DNA from: a virus
DNA: 15,861 nt
Direction: 5' to 3' (one strand)
IMG/VR virus record: IMGVR_UViG_3300045988_099736
Coordinates: 1 to 15,861 of that record
Shown here: positions 14,179 to 15,861 of the stretch, one piece after another
Layout of the letters: every line of letters begins with the position of its first letter
Numbering within the stretch: the first letter of the stretch is position 1
Made by a program: the position numbers and the translations under genes
The notes under the pieces: model-generated
What the model saw: the letters and a program-made list of their open reading frames with translations, nothing else
Database searches by the model: none
What the model was told of the DNA's origin: nothing

Positions 14179-14805
14179 TTAATATTCGCCCCAACCGTTT
14201 TCATAGTCGAATGAATCTAAAAATTCTTTTTGCCGATCTCGTGATAAACCTAAGTTATCTGACAATTCCGATAAAAATTCAGGGACAATTGATTGCCCGC
14301 CATTTTTTTCTGCGTCATAGCTTTCATGGATAGTTAGCCAGGGTACAGCCTCTAATGCTTCCGCTGTTGCTATTTTCCCGTTCTTATTTAAGCTATTTTC
14401 TAGCCATTGTCTGCACATGCGCTCAGCTACCGGAAAATATGTGTATGTCGTATTTATAAAATTCTCTATAATAATATCCGCACTAGAGGGATAATCTACT
14501 ACACGCCCTCTTTTCTTTTTTGCTTTTCGTCTTTTTGACTTGTATTCTCCCCGACCTATTTTCTTTTTTGCTTTTCGCCTTTTTGACTTGTAACCGCTGT
14601 CTGTTATTAAAGATTCCGCTGTTTTTTGTATGGCATCCGGTGTTATTTTTTTCAGCCGCTGCACATCTGCTTTTGTAGGCTGCTTCTTTGCTTTTGGAAT
14701 GCCAATAGATATTGCATAGCCCTGCGCAAGCAATTTATTTACTTGCTTTTCAATTCTTTTAAGTTCTTGCGCGTATACTTTCGCGTACCTGTTTTTTCTT
14801 GCCAT
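14179..14805 (-). CDS. Candidate terminal (priming) protein, 208 aa
   Basis: It lies directly upstream of the protein-primed polymerase, as phi29 gene 3 does. The N-terminus is basic and helical and begins MARKNR (phi29 TP begins MARSPR, from memory). It has an internal Lys/Arg-rich repeat and an acidic C-terminal third. AAGGAGG lies 9 nt before the ATG. Confidence 0.6.
   Translation of the reverse strand: MARKNRYAKVYAQELKRIEKQVNKLLAQGYAISIGIPKAKKQPTKADVQRLKKITPDAIQKTAESLITDSGYKSKRRKAKKKIGRGEYKSKRRKAKKKRGRVVDYPSSADIIIENFINTTYTYFPVAERMCRQWLENSLNKNGKIATAEALEAVPWLTIHESYDAEKNGGQSIVPEFLSELSDNLGLSRDRQKEFLDSFDYENGWGEY
14511..14592. repeat. Tandem direct repeat inside the terminal-protein candidate (two 34-nt copies, 48-nt period, 33/34 identical)
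   Basis: TTTTCTTTTTTGCTTTTCG(T/C)CTTTTTGACTTGTA occurs at 14511-14544 and 14559-14592. It encodes YKSKRRKAKKKIGRGE and YKSKRRKAKKKRGRVV (aa 72-103). Confidence 0.95.
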
Positions 14806-14836
14806 ATAACAAAACCTCCTTTTATAGTATGATTAT

Positions 14837-14865
14837 ATTGTATCATATTTTCATAAAAAATACAA
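14837..14865 (-). promoter_or_regulatory. Probable promoter for the terminal protein-polymerase unit
   Basis: On the minus strand: TTGTAT (14865-14860), 17 nt, then TGaTACAAT (-10 at 14842-14837). A TATAAT overlaps at 14837-14832. It lies just downstream of a terminator hairpin. Confidence 0.55.
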
Positions 14866-14868
14866 TAA

Positions 14869-14893
14869 GAAAAGCCGCTTTGCACGGCTTTTC
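14869..14893 (-). terminator. Intrinsic terminator after the right-end early genes
   Basis: On the minus strand, GAAAAGCCG-UGCAAAG-CGGCUUUUC is followed by UUAUUGUAUUUUUU. It starts 3 nt after the stop at 14896. Confidence 0.7.
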
Positions 14894-14895
14894 CT

Positions 14896-15264
14896 TTATT
14901 TGTAAATCATATAAAACACAGCCAACATGTTGTTTGCTTTTGCATATTCAAGCTGTGTCTTTTTTGCTTCCTCCGGTGTTTTACCGTTTCGCAGTTCTGC
15001 GTAGAACAATTCTACCAATATTGTCACCTTGTCATACAACTGTCTTGAACGTTCCCATTCTTTAAAGTTCCATAACGTTACTGTTTTTGTATAACTGTCT
15101 ATGTCAATCTTGACACCTCTCTTGAATAATTCGGTTATGTTGGTAAGTTCATAACCAGTTCTGTAAGGGATGCGAACTGTGTCACAGCCCGACTGCATCG
15201 GAATTATTTCATAGTTTGTTATTGAGTTTTTATGCAGTTTCTTTATTATGTTTTTTATTTCCAT
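14896..15264 (-). CDS. Hypothetical early protein (122 aa)
   Basis: GGGAGG lies 7 nt before the ATG. No motif was recognised. Confidence 0.75.
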   Translation of the reverse strand: MEIKNIIKKLHKNSITNYEIIPMQSGCDTVRIPYRTGYELTNITELFKRGVKIDIDSYTKTVTLWNFKEWERSRQLYDKVTILVELFYAELRNGKTPEEAKKTQLEYAKANNMLAVFYMIYK

Positions 15265-15319
15265 TTTTTATCCTCCCATGATAAGCACTACTATTTCTTC
15301 CATTTCTTTAGTTGCCCCT

Positions 15320-15520
15320 TTAAATTTTCTCGTTAATTACCGTCCCAATTGCGTTTAATATGTCATTAGCTTCCTTTTTAAGTTCATCAAGTCTATTGTC
15401 TATTATAATTTTATTAAATCTATATGTTTTATTTTCAAAATCTTTTAACTGTTTATAATATGTTATCTTAGCAGTTACCATTGCATATCTTTCTGTCAAT
15501 GAATCATAATTTCTTTCCAT
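15320..15520 (-). CDS. Hypothetical early protein (66 aa, helical)
   Basis: ATG at 15520 (MERNYDSL) lies 8 nt after GGAGG (15529-33). The ORF-track start at 15574 would overlap the upstream gene and lacks an RBS. Confidence 0.7.
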   Translation of the reverse strand: MERNYDSLTERYAMVTAKITYYKQLKDFENKTYRFNKIIIDNRLDELKKEANDILNAIGTVINEKI

Positions 15521-15533
15521 TTTGTTGTCCTCC

Positions 15534-15701
15534 TTAAAATTCACTGTCCAGAACATTCTGGAAATCCGGTGCAAGTTCTAAGTAACGATTTAAAAATTCT
15601 TCATTGGTGCACGGCGCTAATTCGAACGCAACCAATTCGCGGATATCATCGTCCATCATGTTCACGATTGCTTCCCAATACTTGTCTAAATTTTTAGTCA
15701 T
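15534..15701 (-). CDS. Hypothetical early protein (55 aa, strongly acidic)
   Basis: ATG at 15701 is the mirror of ATG 161 and shares its ITR-borne RBS. It has 13 Asp/Glu against 4 Lys/Arg. The ORF-track start at 15743 lies inside the promoter. Confidence 0.75.
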   Translation of the reverse strand: MTKNLDKYWEAIVNMMDDDIRELVAFELAPCTNEEFLNRYLELAPDFQNVLDSEF

Positions 15702-15709
15702 TTCATTGA

Positions 15710-15861
15710 CCTCCTTTTCCTTTCTGTAATTATATAATAGCACACACGCATAGAAATGTCAAGCGTATTTTTAAAATATTTTTATTCGTGTTCACTCTTT
15801 TTAGTCAACCGTGCAAACTGAATGGGGGAATGTTCTAAATATCGTTTTATTTTATGTCGAC
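15710..15861. repeat. Right inverted terminal repeat (ITR-R)
   Basis: It is the exact reverse complement of 1-152. Confidence 0.97.
15734..15762 (-). promoter_or_regulatory. Sigma-A type promoter inside ITR-R, firing inward
   Basis: It is the mirror image of 100-128: TTGACA (15762-15757), 17 nt, then TGcTATTAT (-10 at 15739-15734). Confidence 0.8.

Larger units (their letters stand above)
1..15861. mobile_element. Apparently complete linear genome of a phi29-like, protein-primed podovirus (lytic, Bacillota-type expression signals)
   Basis: Perfect 152-bp inverted terminal repeats sit at both window ends. The gene set includes a protein-primed PolB, candidate terminal protein, gp16-type ATPase, gp10-type connector, gp9-type tail knob, capsid, fibres and a lysis cassette. 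No integrase or repressor motifs were recognised. Confidence 0.85.

Noticed and set aside
15112-15140. A plus-strand TTGACA with GGTTAT 17 nt downstream, antisense within the 122-aa gene.
   Set aside because: The -10 is weak (3/6), and there is no downstream plus-strand gene or RBS. Other internal TTGACA occurrences (for example near 967, 4497, 5089, 8346, 13794, 2633, 9474) also lack a -10 at proper spacing.
1-15861. A search by eye for tRNA, rRNA, CRISPR arrays, integrase, repressor, transposase or defence/anti-defence cassettes.
   Set aside because: I saw no cloverleaf-like or repeat-spacer structures and no recombinase or HTH-repressor motifs. Coding density leaves no room for them. A tRNAscan or HMM search would be needed for certainty.

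Overview
The window appears to be a complete linear dsDNA genome (15,861 bp) of a small phi29-like podovirus that replicates by protein priming. Its host is probably a Bacillota member, judging from AGGAGG-type ribosome binding sites and TTGACA/TATAAT promoters. The genome is bounded by perfect 152-bp inverted terminal repeats (1-152 and 15710-15861). Each repeat carries an inward-firing consensus promoter, a Shine-Dalgarno site and the first codons (M-T-K) of the terminal gene. Two small genes at the left end read rightward. The other 19 genes all lie on the minus strand, in this order from the right end: three small early genes, candidate terminal protein, family B protein-primed DNA polymerase, two small unknown genes, gp16-type packaging ATPase, scaffold, major capsid protein with an Ig-like C-terminus, gp9-type tail knob, gp10-type connector, lower collar candidate, tail fibre, two paralogous coiled-coil fibre proteins, tail-associated lysozyme, A118-type holin, a small BhlA/UviB-like membrane protein, and a GH25 endolysin. 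I saw no tRNA, rRNA, CRISPR array, integrase or repressor. The points most worth follow-up are: the ITR-embedded expression cassettes; a 155-nt non-coding gap holding a perfect consensus promoter and a structured leader ahead of the late genes, which could be an attenuator, an SD-occlusion switch or a pRNA analogue; mutually exclusive hairpins between the terminal-protein and polymerase genes; a 48-nt tandem duplication encoding a Lys/Arg-rich motif in the candidate terminal protein; and a gene order unlike phi29. All homology statements come from motif recognition by eye and memory, not from searches. Novelty cannot be judged without database comparison.
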